From: Phycisphaerae bacterium
GTDB lineage: Bacteria; Planctomycetota; Phycisphaerae; Phycisphaerales; Phycisphaeraceae
DNA length: 48,367 bases
NCBI GenBank assembly: GCA_963577635.1
Contig: CAUZBA010000001.1
Coordinates: 1 to 48,367, forward strand
Reading direction: 5' to 3'
Shown here: piece by piece, positions 32,740 to 41,154 of the stretch
How positions within the stretch are numbered: the stretch's first letter is position 1
Layout: each line of letters opens with the position of its first letter
Program-made: the position numbers and the translations under genes
The notes under the pieces: generated by a model
Told to the model about the DNA's origin: nothing
What the model saw: the letters and a program-made list of their open reading frames with translations, nothing else
The model's database searches: none

Positions 32740-32765
32740 GCCATTGCCTCAGGGCAATTGTCCAC

Positions 32766-33122
32766 TCATGCCGGTCTCGGTGCAGCCCGCAGCGCCGGAG
32801 CCAGTAGGCTGCGAACGGAGGCGACATAATCGTTCCACTGATCCGCCTCGCTGTGCAATCGGCGTCGGCCCACGGCGGTAAGCTCGTACCATTTGCGGTC
32901 GCGCCCGCTGGTGCGGTCCCATCTGCTGCGAATGGTCTTATCCGTCTCAAGGCGGTGCAGGATGGGATATAGACTCCCGGCCAGGATGCGCACGCGTCCC
33001 GCGCTGGCCTCGCGAATCTGTTTCTGAATGAGGTAGCCGTATTTCGGGCCGTCGGCCAGGCTGGAAAGAACCATCAGATCAAGGCTTCCGCGGACCAGAT
33101 CACGGTCGAATTTTTCAGCCAT
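32766..33122 (-). CDS. padR: PadR-family transcriptional regulator
   Basis: LDLMVLSSLADGPKYGYLIQKQIREASAGRVRILAGSLYPILHRLETDKTIRSRW...KWYELTAVGRRRL is the canonical PadR winged helix. AAGGTGG lies 7 nt before the ATG. Confidence 0.9.
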   Translation of the reverse strand: MAEKFDRDLVRGSLDLMVLSSLADGPKYGYLIQKQIREASAGRVRILAGSLYPILHRLETDKTIRSRWDRTSGRDRKWYELTAVGRRRLHSEADQWNDYVASVRSLLAPALRAAPRPA

Positions 33123-33154
33123 TCAGAACCACCTTCAATGGGTCAACCGACGAT

Positions 33155-33183
33155 AGTATAGATGTATGATATATTAGGGTCAA
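33155..33183 (-). promoter_or_regulatory. sigma70-like promoter of the padR operon
   Basis: On the minus strand: TTGACC (33183-33178), a 17-nt AT-rich spacer, then TATACT (33160-33155). It lies ~35 nt upstream of the padR ATG. Confidence 0.6.
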
Positions 33184-33355
33184 GAGGGGCTGGCAGGTGA
33201 CTATGAGCACGATTGAAGGGAGATGAGAGGCGGGCGGGGGAAGCGGGTCGGGGGATTCCGTCGCTCCCTCATCGGTCGCGACGGCGCTCGCCGCCCCGGC
33301 TCGCGGGATTCCGATGCTCGCTCGTCGCTCGGCGGCCCGCCTCACGCCTGCGGGC

Positions 33356-34345
33356 TCACGCCTCGCGGGATTCTCTGATCGCTTGCACGACCTTGCCGTG
33401 CAGCGCGCCGTTGGTCGCTAGGACGCCGCGGTTGCGAGGGAAGCGCCTGCCCTGACCGTATTGGAGTAGCCGGCCGTCAATGTCGGTGACGCGGCCGCCG
33501 GCTTCTTCGACGACGATCGAGCCGGCGGCGTGGTCCCAAATGCACTCACAATAGTCGCGCTGCGTCGGCAGACGCATGTAAATCGACGCATCGGCCCGGG
33601 CCAGTGCCGCGTATTTCGCCTGGCTGTCCAGTCGAACTGCCTCGCTCGTGATCCCAAGGCGGGATGCGACCCGCGCGGACAAGATCTGGTCGGAGTGGGC
33701 CGACTCCACCGACTCGCAGAATCGCGCCTCGGAGGCGTTGGTCACCTCGCTGACGCGCAACGGCGCAGACGAATCGAGGCCAACGCCGTCCAGTGACACC
33801 AGGTGCGTTCCGCTGCCTCGGACGGCGTAGAGCAGAGCGCCGCGATCGCCGTCCGTCTCGAGTTGCGGGCAACCCAGGACACCCAGGACAACTCGTTTCG
33901 ATTCGATCAGCGCCAGGGCCACGGCGTAGTGGCCGCGGCGCAGGAAGCCCTTGGTGCCGTCGATCGGGTCGAGCGTCCAGAACCGGTCGCTCGTGGCGTC
34001 GGCGCCGCCCCGGTCGATCCAGTTCAGAACTTGCTGCTCGTCGGCCTCCCTGCCAAGGCCGCCCGCGGCGTAGTTCGCCACCGAGGCCCGAAGGGCTGCC
34101 TGCTCATCCAGACGTAATTGCTGGCTGTCCTCCTCGGCGACGACCGGGTCGTCCGGCAGCTGCTCGGCCAGCACCGACAGGACCACGGCCTGGGAGGCAA
34201 AGTCAGCCACGGTGACCGGGCTGTGATCCATCTTCTGAAGCGTCTGGGCGCTGACCAGGCGATCCTGAACCGCGACGCAGACGCCGGAGGCCGTTCGGAC
34301 GGCGGTAGCCGCGGCCTGGAGTTCCTTTTCGTATCCGTGACTCAT
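33356..34345 (-). CDS. 3'(2'),5'-bisphosphate nucleotidase (HAL2/CysQ-type inositol-monophosphatase superfamily)
   Basis: VTVADFASQAVV, WTLDPIDGTKGFLRRGHYAVALALIE and WDHAAGSIVVEEAGGRVTD motifs; 329 aa. Confidence 0.85.
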   Translation of the reverse strand: MSHGYEKELQAAATAVRTASGVCVAVQDRLVSAQTLQKMDHSPVTVADFASQAVVLSVLAEQLPDDPVVAEEDSQQLRLDEQAALRASVANYAAGGLGREADEQQVLNWIDRGGADATSDRFWTLDPIDGTKGFLRRGHYAVALALIESKRVVLGVLGCPQLETDGDRGALLYAVRGSGTHLVSLDGVGLDSSAPLRVSEVTNASEARFCESVESAHSDQILSARVASRLGITSEAVRLDSQAKYAALARADASIYMRLPTQRDYCECIWDHAAGSIVVEEAGGRVTDIDGRLLQYGQGRRFPRNRGVLATNGALHGKVVQAIRESREA

Positions 34346-34361
34346 GGTTGCGGAGGCGTGT

Positions 34362-34506
34362 CAGAGCAGCAGAGCAAAAGAGCAAGAGAGCAGGAAATCG
34401 GAAACGAAACACTAAACAGTCCCCACTCCTCTGCTTTCCTGCTTTCCGGCTCTTTTGCTTTTCTGCTCTGGTCTGCCGCTCTCTTGCTCTTTCTCTCTGC
34501 TGCTCT
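34362..34506. repeat. purine-arm/pyrimidine-arm foldback repeat (E2)
   Basis: AGAGCAGCAGAGCAAAAGAGCAAGAGAGCAGGAAATCGGAAACG ... CTGCTTTCCTGCTTTCC...CTCTTGCTCTTTCTCTCTGCTGCTCT. The outer ends AGAGCAGCAGAG and CTCTGCTGCTCT are perfectly complementary. Confidence 0.75.
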
Positions 34507-34521
34507 ATACCCCGTCACGAT

Positions 34522-35940
34522 TCAAAATGGAGGGTTCGCCGTTGCGTGTTGCCGTGTAGCGTTGTTGAAGCGCGTCGTGCGCTGGTCGAACTGCAGTTCG
34601 ATTGTTCCGGTGGGACCGTTACGCTGCTTGGCGATGATCAACTCGGCGACGCCCACCTTGTCGGGGTTGGCGGCGGCCCAGTCGCGATCGCTGTGGTAAT
34701 ACTCTTCGCGGTGCAGCATCGCGACCACGTCCGCGTCCTGCTCGATGCTGCCGCTTTCTCTCAGGTCGCTCATCCGCGGCCGGTGCCCTTCGCGGTTTTC
34801 CGGCGAGCGGTTCAGCTGGCTCAGGCAGATCACCGGGGTGTTCAGCTCGCGGGCCAGCGCCTTGATGCCGCGCGAGATGTTCGAGACTTCCTGCTGGCGG
34901 GCTTCGCCGGGCGCGCTCATCAGTTGCAGGTAGTCGACGACGATCAGGCGAATGCCGTGTCGCGCGGCCATCCGCCGCGATTTGGCGCGCAGGGCCGTGA
35001 TCGACAGCCCCGGCGAATCGTCCACGTAAAGCGGCGCTTCGCTGAGTTCGCCCACGGTGGCGGCCAGCTCGGCAAAGTCCTCGGCGCTCAGGAGGTTCTG
35101 TCGCAGTTTGTGCGAGTCGATGCCGCTGCGCGAGCAGAGGATTCTCTGGGCGAGTTGCTGCTTGCTCATCTCGAGGCTGAAAATCACGGTGGGCTGCTTG
35201 CGGTTGACGGCTACGTGCTCGGCGATGTTCACCGCCAGCGCGGTCTTGCCCATGGAGGGCCTGCCTGCCACGATGACCACCTCGCCGTTCTGGAGGCCGC
35301 TGGTCTTTTCGTCCAGGTCGAAAAAGCCGGTCTCCAGGCCGCTGACCTGTCGGCCCTCGTGTGCCTCGAGGTGGGCGTAAAGTTCCTGAAGAAGCACCTT
35401 CAACTCGGCGGCGTCCTCACCGCCGCGCTTTTCGGCGAGGTTGAAGATTTCCTGCTCGGCGGCCTCGACCTGCTCGTGGCTCGGTGTGATGCTCGTGTAC
35501 GCCTCGTGAAGCACCCGGCCGCTGACCTCGATCAGCTTTCTCAGGACGGCCTTGTCGCGCACGATTCGCGCCCAGTACTCGGCGCCGGCGTGCGATGGAA
35601 CCGACTCGACCAGCTCGATGAGGTAATCCGTGCCCCCGACCTTTTCCAGCAGATCCTGATCCTTGAGGCGCTGGTTCAGCTGGACGATGTCGACTTGCTG
35701 GTGCTTGTCATACAGATCGACGAGCGCTTCGTAGATTGCCGAGTGTGACTGGACGTAGAAATCGGTCGCGTCCGGGATGATCTGCATCACGTCGCCGACG
35801 ACCTGAGCGTCGTGGATCATCGAGCCCAGCAGACCCATTTCCGCTTCCGGCGCCTGCGGCGGCAGCCTGTCGAACAGCTTGCCCAACTCGATGCGCTCGG
35901 CCCCGAAGCGCGGTCGATCCGACTTCGCCGTCGTGCTCAT
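34522..35940 (-). CDS. dnaB: replicative DNA helicase
   Basis: 472 aa. PPQAPEAEMGLLGSMI at the N-terminus, Walker A AGRPSMGKTA, and SLEMS..QLAQR, VVDYLQLM, LSQLNR motifs. Confidence 0.97.
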   Translation of the reverse strand: MSTTAKSDRPRFGAERIELGKLFDRLPPQAPEAEMGLLGSMIHDAQVVGDVMQIIPDATDFYVQSHSAIYEALVDLYDKHQQVDIVQLNQRLKDQDLLEKVGGTDYLIELVESVPSHAGAEYWARIVRDKAVLRKLIEVSGRVLHEAYTSITPSHEQVEAAEQEIFNLAEKRGGEDAAELKVLLQELYAHLEAHEGRQVSGLETGFFDLDEKTSGLQNGEVVIVAGRPSMGKTALAVNIAEHVAVNRKQPTVIFSLEMSKQQLAQRILCSRSGIDSHKLRQNLLSAEDFAELAATVGELSEAPLYVDDSPGLSITALRAKSRRMAARHGIRLIVVDYLQLMSAPGEARQQEVSNISRGIKALARELNTPVICLSQLNRSPENREGHRPRMSDLRESGSIEQDADVVAMLHREEYYHSDRDWAAANPDKVGVAELIIAKQRNGPTGTIELQFDQRTTRFNNATRQHATANPPF

Positions 35941-36076
35941 AGGTATACCTTATGGCGATCTACGCGGTTGGCAAACGCACTTCGTGTGGTGGAAAAGTTG
36001 TCGACAACTGTCGGTGCGGATCGCCTGTTGACGGTCTCAATACTGAAGTGTAGGGCGCACCGCGGGGCGGCGCGCC

Positions 36077-36195
36077 AGCCCGCATTGCCCACGAGTTTCG
36101 CCGCTCGGTGGTGTAAGGGCCAGCGGTGGTGGGTCTTGATGCGGGGTCTTCGATACCCGCCCGCTGGGCGGCGAAACTCGTGGGCAATGCGGGCT
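36077..36195. repeat. perfect 28-bp inverted repeat with a 63-nt structured spacer
   Basis: AGCCCGCATTGCCCACGAGTTTCGCCGC (36077-36104) and GCGGCGAAACTCGTGGGCAATGCGGGCT (36168-36195). An inner CCAGCGG/CCGCTGG pair is also present. The repeat ends 2 nt from the FGE gene stop codon. Confidence 0.85.
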
Positions 36196-36197
36196 AG

Positions 36198-37226
36198 TCA
36201 AATATCCCGCACACAGCGAAACCCGGCATTGGCCGCGGAGCTGTCGGGCGTGTTGCCGATCCGTGCCGCAACGCGGTAGCGATTGCAATAGGATCGATGG
36301 CAGAGGAAGGATCCGCCTTTCTGGGTTTTGTGCGTGCCGCCGTGCGGTCCGGTGGGGTTGTCACGCGTGTCACGGTGCTGCTGCGCGTGATGGTCGGTGC
36401 TCATCCAGTCGGCGGTCCACTCCCAGGTGTTTCCGCTGCAGTTGTAGAGCCCGTAGCCGTTGTTCTCGAAAGCCGTCACCGGGCAGGTTCCCGCGTAGCC
36501 GTCTTCGGCCGTGTCCTGGTGGGGGAAGCGGCCCTGCCAGATGTTGCAACGGTGTTTTCCGGCCGGGGCCAGCTCGTTTCCCCACGGGTACGTGGCCTGT
36601 TCGAGGCCCCCTCGGGCCGCGTATTCCCATTCGGCCTCGGTCGCCAGGCGCTTGCCGGCCCAGCGGCAGTAAGCGATCGCATCGTTCCAGGACACGTGGG
36701 TCACCGGGTGATACAACCGGTCCTTGACATCGGACCGCTCGCCTTCAGGCCGATCCCACCGCGCACTGGGGACGGCGATCCACCATTCGAGCCCCACGAC
36801 CGCGCGCGTCCGGGCCAGCCTGTCGGCGTACTTTCGGGGCAGGTGGTTTCGAAATACGAACGACCACCCGAAGCGCTCGGCATCGGTGGTGTAGCCGGCT
36901 TGCGCGACGAATCGCCGGAAGTCGGCGACGGATACCGTGTGCACGTCGACGTAGAAGGGGCGCAGGGTCACGTGCCGCACCGGTCCCTCGCCATCGGCCT
37001 CAAAGACTTCGGGGCTGACACTTCCCATGAGAAAGTCTCCGCCCTCGAGGCGCACCATGCCGTCCGTGGACCCGCTGTCGGCGCAGGGAATCGGTTCGGC
37101 GGTCGGGACGCTCCGGCAGTCGGCCCCGTCCTCACGGACACCGCTGCGCGAGACCACACCACCACCGGACGGTGGCGTGCAGCAGCTCTTTCGGCGTGGC
37201 GCGTCGGTCGGATTCGATGCGGTCAC
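36198..37226 (-). CDS. formylglycine-generating enzyme family protein (sulfatase maturase, SUMF1-like)
   Basis: GTG start. HPVTHVSWNDAIAYCRWAGKRLATEAEWEYAARGG, GNTWEWTADW and KGGSFLCHRSYCNRYRVAAR motifs. Confidence 0.9.
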   Translation of the reverse strand: MTASNPTDAPRRKSCCTPPSGGGVVSRSGVREDGADCRSVPTAEPIPCADSGSTDGMVRLEGGDFLMGSVSPEVFEADGEGPVRHVTLRPFYVDVHTVSVADFRRFVAQAGYTTDAERFGWSFVFRNHLPRKYADRLARTRAVVGLEWWIAVPSARWDRPEGERSDVKDRLYHPVTHVSWNDAIAYCRWAGKRLATEAEWEYAARGGLEQATYPWGNELAPAGKHRCNIWQGRFPHQDTAEDGYAGTCPVTAFENNGYGLYNCSGNTWEWTADWMSTDHHAQQHRDTRDNPTGPHGGTHKTQKGGSFLCHRSYCNRYRVAARIGNTPDSSAANAGFRCVRDI

Positions 37227-37265
37227 GAGGTCTCCCGTTACCAGGCGTACCTGAGATGCGGGACA

Positions 37266-37578
37266 GGGGAGTTGACAGGATCACAGGATAGGAAGAAGAG
37301 ATCGACAGGATTCGGATTTGTGCGGGGGTCATCGTGGCACGGATCCGTTCGATTCGCGTGCCGGTTCGTTTGTTCGTGGACATTCTGTGTTCGTGTCAAA
37401 CGATGCATCAGACACCAGAAATATTAGGAAAGGACAGGCAGGATCGGCAGGATGATTGGTAGCACTGATCCAGATGGACGCGTCTATTCACATTCGATCA
37501 CCCACCCAATCCCATCCCGTAAATCTCCCTTTCCCATCCTGTCGATCCTGTCAACTCCCCCGAGACGCGCCTCCCGTC
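37266..37578 (+). repeat. ~313-bp foldback element, copy D1
   Basis: Alignable along its whole length with 39567-39880. ~65-nt terminal inverted arms (GGGGAGTTGACAGGATC.CAGGAT...ATTCGGAT / ...ATCCTGTCGATCCTGTCAACTCCCC). Conserved core GTCAAACGATGCATCAGACACC. Its right end overlaps the last codons and stop of larC. Confidence 0.85.
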
Positions 37579-38753
37579 TTTGCGCCGTTGGCTTGAACCA
37601 GATGATTCGCCGCGGCCTGTGCCGCTTCGTACACGGCGCGAACCGGCGCGCCGGCCTTCATCGCCAGCTCCTGGCACTGGTCGTACTCGGGCGAAGCACC
37701 GAGCAGTTCGCCATCGAGCCACTTAAGTTTGACCGCTAGAGATCCGTAGGGTGTCTCGACGAGCTTGTGCTCGCGGCGGGCTTCAAGCCGCTGGACATCG
37801 TGGACGCGCAGTCCGAACGTCGTGGTTTCGCGGATGATCAGTTCGCAGACCGCTTCCCGGCAGGACGCGGGCGTCAGGGCGCTGAGGACGACCGCGGGCC
37901 GCCCCTTTTTCATCTGTACCGGTGCGAGCCAGACGTCGCGGGCCCCGGCCTCGAACAGCTGCTCGCTGACCGCGGCGTAGAGCTGGGGATTCATGTCGTC
38001 GATGTTCGTCTCGATCTGCACCATGGGTCCGGCGGATTTGCCTTCGCCGAGCCACAGGCGCGCCACGTTGGGCCAGTCCGCATCGCGCTGGCCGGCGCCA
38101 ATGCCGACACGCGCCAGGTGCATCGGTGGCTGTTCGAAACGGGCCAGTTCGGCCACGAGCGCCGCGCCCGTCGGCGTGAGCCATTCGCCCGGGCCCGGTG
38201 CCGGCCGCGTGGGCGCCTTGACGGCGGCGAGCAGTTCCAGCGTGGCCGGCGCCGGCAGCGGGATCCGCCCGTGACTCGCCTCGACCCAGCCGTTGCCCAA
38301 TGGCGCTTCGCCGCAGTAGAGCGTCTGCACTTTGAGCTCGTGCAGACCGCATGCGGTGCCGACGATGTCGATGATGGCGTCGAGAGCCCCGACCTCGTGG
38401 AAGTGGACCTTGTCGCGCGTCGTTCCGTGCACCTTGGCCTCCGCCTCCGCGAGGCGGACGAACACCGCGACGGCCTGCTTCTTCACGATTTGTGGAAGAT
38501 CCGATGATTCGATCAGACGGCGAATGTCCTTCAGGTGGCGGTGGGCACTCGTTTCGCGCGCCTGCACGTCGACCAGCGTGGCGCGCAGGGCGCCCTTTGA
38601 CACTTCGCGCGCCGTAACGGACCACTCCTGCTGCGGCAGCCCCAACTTTCGGATGGCTCCGATGAGGTGGTCGACGGGCCATCCGGCATCGACGAGGCAA
38701 CCGAGAAACATGTCGCCGCTTAGACCCGACGGGATATCGAGGTAACCGATCAT
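37551..38753 (-). CDS. larC: nickel-pincer cofactor nickel insertion protein LarC
   Basis: ATG at 38753 overlaps the larE stop (ATGA). MIGYLDIPSGLSGDMFLGCLVDAGW is the LarC/DUF111 N-terminus. 400 aa. The C-terminal TGGASRGS-stop is encoded by repeat D1. Confidence 0.9.
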   Translation of the reverse strand: MIGYLDIPSGLSGDMFLGCLVDAGWPVDHLIGAIRKLGLPQQEWSVTAREVSKGALRATLVDVQARETSAHRHLKDIRRLIESSDLPQIVKKQAVAVFVRLAEAEAKVHGTTRDKVHFHEVGALDAIIDIVGTACGLHELKVQTLYCGEAPLGNGWVEASHGRIPLPAPATLELLAAVKAPTRPAPGPGEWLTPTGAALVAELARFEQPPMHLARVGIGAGQRDADWPNVARLWLGEGKSAGPMVQIETNIDDMNPQLYAAVSEQLFEAGARDVWLAPVQMKKGRPAVVLSALTPASCREAVCELIIRETTTFGLRVHDVQRLEARREHKLVETPYGSLAVKLKWLDGELLGASPEYDQCQELAMKAGAPVRAVYEAAQAAANHLVQANGAKTGGASRGS

Positions 38754-39709
38754 GGCCGGCCCTTGACCGTCAGGCCCACCGGTCGTGCGGGCGCGGTGTC
38801 GTCCGCGCCGCCGCGGAAGCCGGCAAGATCCAGGCAGACGTGCCTGTATCCGGCGGCGCGGATCCGATCGACCAGGACCGACCTCTGTGCCACGGCGCGC
38901 GGCAGGTCGTCGACGCCCAGCTCGATCCTCGCCACCTCGCCGTGGTGGCGGACGCGAAACTGACTGAAACCGTGTTCGAAAAGGACATCTTCGGCCGACT
39001 CGATCTGGCGCAGCAGTTGCGGCGTGATCGGCGTTCCGTGCGGCACGCGCGACGACAGGCACGCCATCGCCGGCTTGTCCCAGACCGGCAGGCCCAGCTC
39101 CTGCGCCGCGGCCCGCACCTGGTCCTTGGTCAGGCCTAACTCCGCCAGCGGACGGCGCACGGCGTGCCGGTCGGCGGCGGCGATGCCCGGGCGCGTGTCG
39201 TCGAGGTCGCTGCGGTTCGTGCCGTCCGCGATCACGTGCCAGCCGTCGCGATCGGCGATCGCGTGCAGTCTGCCGTACAGCTCGTTCTTGCAGTGGTAAC
39301 AGCGATCCGGTGCGTTGGCGGCGTAGTGGGTATCGAGATGTTCTTCGGTGTCGACCAGGCGATAGGCGGCACCCAATTGCTCGGCCAGAGCCACCGCCTG
39401 TCGCATCTCGCGGGCCGGGTAGCTCGGTGACACACCGATGCAGGCCAGTGCTCTATGACTCAATTGCTCGTGCGCCACCGCCATGACCAGGGCGCTGTCC
39501 ACCCCGCCGGAGAAAGCCACGAGCGCCGAATCGTATTCGCGGAACCAGGCCCGGAGGCGCGGAAGGGGGGAGTTGACGGGATCGACAGGATGGGAAGGGA
39601 GATCTACAGGATTCGGATCCGTGTGCGAGCCGTCGTGCTGTTGATCAGTACCCAATTGATTCTGATCCCGTTGATCCTGTAAATCCTGCCGACCCGTCAA
39701 ACAATGCAT
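38750..39709 (-). CDS. larE: ATP-dependent sacrificial sulfur transferase LarE (start codon uncertain, lies within repeat D2)
   Basis: PP-loop LVAFSGGVDSALV, CYHCK and ACLSSRVPHGTPIT motifs. The only in-frame ATG/TTG candidates upstream of the PP-loop are at 39709, 39700 and 39655, all inside D2. Confidence 0.85.
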   Translation of the reverse strand: MHCLTGRQDLQDQRDQNQLGTDQQHDGSHTDPNPVDLPSHPVDPVNSPLPRLRAWFREYDSALVAFSGGVDSALVMAVAHEQLSHRALACIGVSPSYPAREMRQAVALAEQLGAAYRLVDTEEHLDTHYAANAPDRCYHCKNELYGRLHAIADRDGWHVIADGTNRSDLDDTRPGIAAADRHAVRRPLAELGLTKDQVRAAAQELGLPVWDKPAMACLSSRVPHGTPITPQLLRQIESAEDVLFEHGFSQFRVRHHGEVARIELGVDDLPRAVAQRSVLVDRIRAAGYRHVCLDLAGFRGGADDTAPARPVGLTVKGRP

Positions 39710-39880
39710 CAGACACCGGATATCTTAGGACAAGATAGACAGGATTGACTGGATCGTTGATCTACACCGATTCGGGCGGACGCGCCTTCTGAGACCCCAC
39801 CACCCACCCGATCCAATCCTGTAAATCTCCTCATCCCATTCTGTCGATCCTGTCAACTCCCCCGAGACGCGCCTCCCGTC
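39567..39880 (+). repeat. ~313-bp foldback element, copy D2
   Basis: Same orientation and same architecture as D1. It fills the larB-larE junction. Its right end encodes the larB C-terminus and stop; its left part is read as the larE 5' end. Confidence 0.85.
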
Positions 39881-40689
39881 CGCGCGCCAGCATCGACGAT
39901 CTTCTGGTTGATCATCGCCGCCGTGTACCCGGCGCCGAAGCCGTTGTCGATGTTGACCACGGTGACGCCGCTGCTGCATGAACTCAGCATTCCCATCAGC
40001 GCCGTCAGGCCGCCGAAGCTTGCGCCGTAACCGACACTTGTCGGCACGGCGATGACCGGGGCGCCCACGAGACCGGCGACGACGCTCGGCAGCGCGCCTT
40101 CCATGCCGGCGACGACCACGATCACGTTGGCCGACTGCAGTGCATCGACGTGGTGCAGGAGCCGGTGCAGGCCGGCGACCCCCACGTCGGTGATGTGCCG
40201 GGGCGCATGGCCCATAACCTCCAGTGTGAGCGCCGCTTCTTCGGTCACCGGCTGATCGCTGGTACCCGCCGACACGACGATGGTGCCCTCGTGGCGAGGT
40301 TGCCGGGGCGACCGGTCGAGCCACAACGCCCGGGCGGTTTCGTGGTATTGCAGATCCGGCACCTCGACTTGCGCCGCGGCGAATTGCGATGGTGTGGCCC
40401 TTGTGCCAAGCACCCTCGGCGATGATTCGGCCAGACGCGAAACAATCTCGGCGACCTGCTGAGGCGTCTTGCCGCTGCAATAGACGACCTCACCGAACCC
40501 ATCGCGAAGTTGGCGGTGATGATCGAGTGTGGCACACCCCACGTCCTCGAACGGCAGATGGCGCAGCGCATCGACGGCGCCGTCAATCGCCATCTTGCCC
40601 TGGGCAACCTGATCAAGCAGGTCCCGTATGCGTTGCTCGGTGAACATGTCGCAATCCACTATACTAACGGATTGTCGCGATCGATCCAC
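39853..40689 (-). CDS. larB: nickel-pincer cofactor biosynthesis protein LarB (PurE-like carboxylase/hydrolase)
   Basis: DHHRQLRDGFGEVVYCSGKTPQQV..., then a PurE-like fold (VVVAGMEGALPSVVAGLVGAPVIAVPTSVGYGA). An alternative start is ATG 40647. The C-terminal RTGGASRGS-stop is encoded by D2. Confidence 0.9.
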   Translation of the reverse strand: MDRSRQSVSIVDCDMFTEQRIRDLLDQVAQGKMAIDGAVDALRHLPFEDVGCATLDHHRQLRDGFGEVVYCSGKTPQQVAEIVSRLAESSPRVLGTRATPSQFAAAQVEVPDLQYHETARALWLDRSPRQPRHEGTIVVSAGTSDQPVTEEAALTLEVMGHAPRHITDVGVAGLHRLLHHVDALQSANVIVVVAGMEGALPSVVAGLVGAPVIAVPTSVGYGASFGGLTALMGMLSSCSSGVTVVNIDNGFGAGYTAAMINQKIVDAGARTGGASRGS

Positions 40690-40709
40690 TGCATCGAAAG
40701 GAATGAATC

Positions 40710-41090
40710 ATGAAGTCACGCAGCACCATCTGGTGTGTTGTCGCGGTCGCACCTCTGCTTCTGTGCTCCGGTTGTCAAAATCATCGCTGGAGCGGCACGT
40801 GGCAGGACAGCGCGCCGGGGCACAACGGTGATCTGTACTGCACCGTGCGCCAGATCGACAACGACAATTACAAGGCCCGATTCACCGGATACTGCGGCAG
40901 ACAGTTCGCCTACAACATCACGATGAAGGGCCGGACCAAAACGGACACAGTTCTCTTCGAGGGCAAGGCCGACCTCGGAGACGATGACGGCGAGTATCAG
41001 TGGACGGGCACGATCCGGGGTGATCGATTCGACGGGCAATACCGTTCCGCAAAGGGCAAAGTGGGCACGTTCGCGATGACGAAGCGCTGA
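40710..41090 (+). CDS. small lipoprotein, unknown function
   Basis: AAGGA lies 7 nt upstream of the ATG. Signal peptide with lipobox MKSRSTIWCVVAVAPLLLCSGC. 126 aa. Confidence 0.65.
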   Translation: MKSRSTIWCVVAVAPLLLCSGCQNHRWSGTWQDSAPGHNGDLYCTVRQIDNDNYKARFTGYCGRQFAYNITMKGRTKTDTVLFEGKADLGDDDGEYQWTGTIRGDRFDGQYRSAKGKVGTFAMTKR

Positions 41091-41114
41091 AGCCGGAATG
41101 TGCCGTCGTCCAGT

Positions 41115-41154
41115 CCACGCCACCACGCCACCACGCCACCACGCCACCGCGTCA
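41115..41154. repeat. 8-bp microsatellite CCACGCCA x4 plus one degenerate unit
   Basis: Read directly. It lies in the spacer between convergent genes; the last unit overlaps the stop codon of the DCC gene. Confidence 0.85.

Noticed and set aside
37238-37408. 56-aa minus-strand ORF inside repeat D1 (MHRLTRTQNV...DPVNSPVPHLRYAW).
   Set aside because: It is the D1 counterpart of the element-derived 5' extension of larE in D2 and ends right after the element. It is most simply repeat sequence that happens to be open, not a gene.
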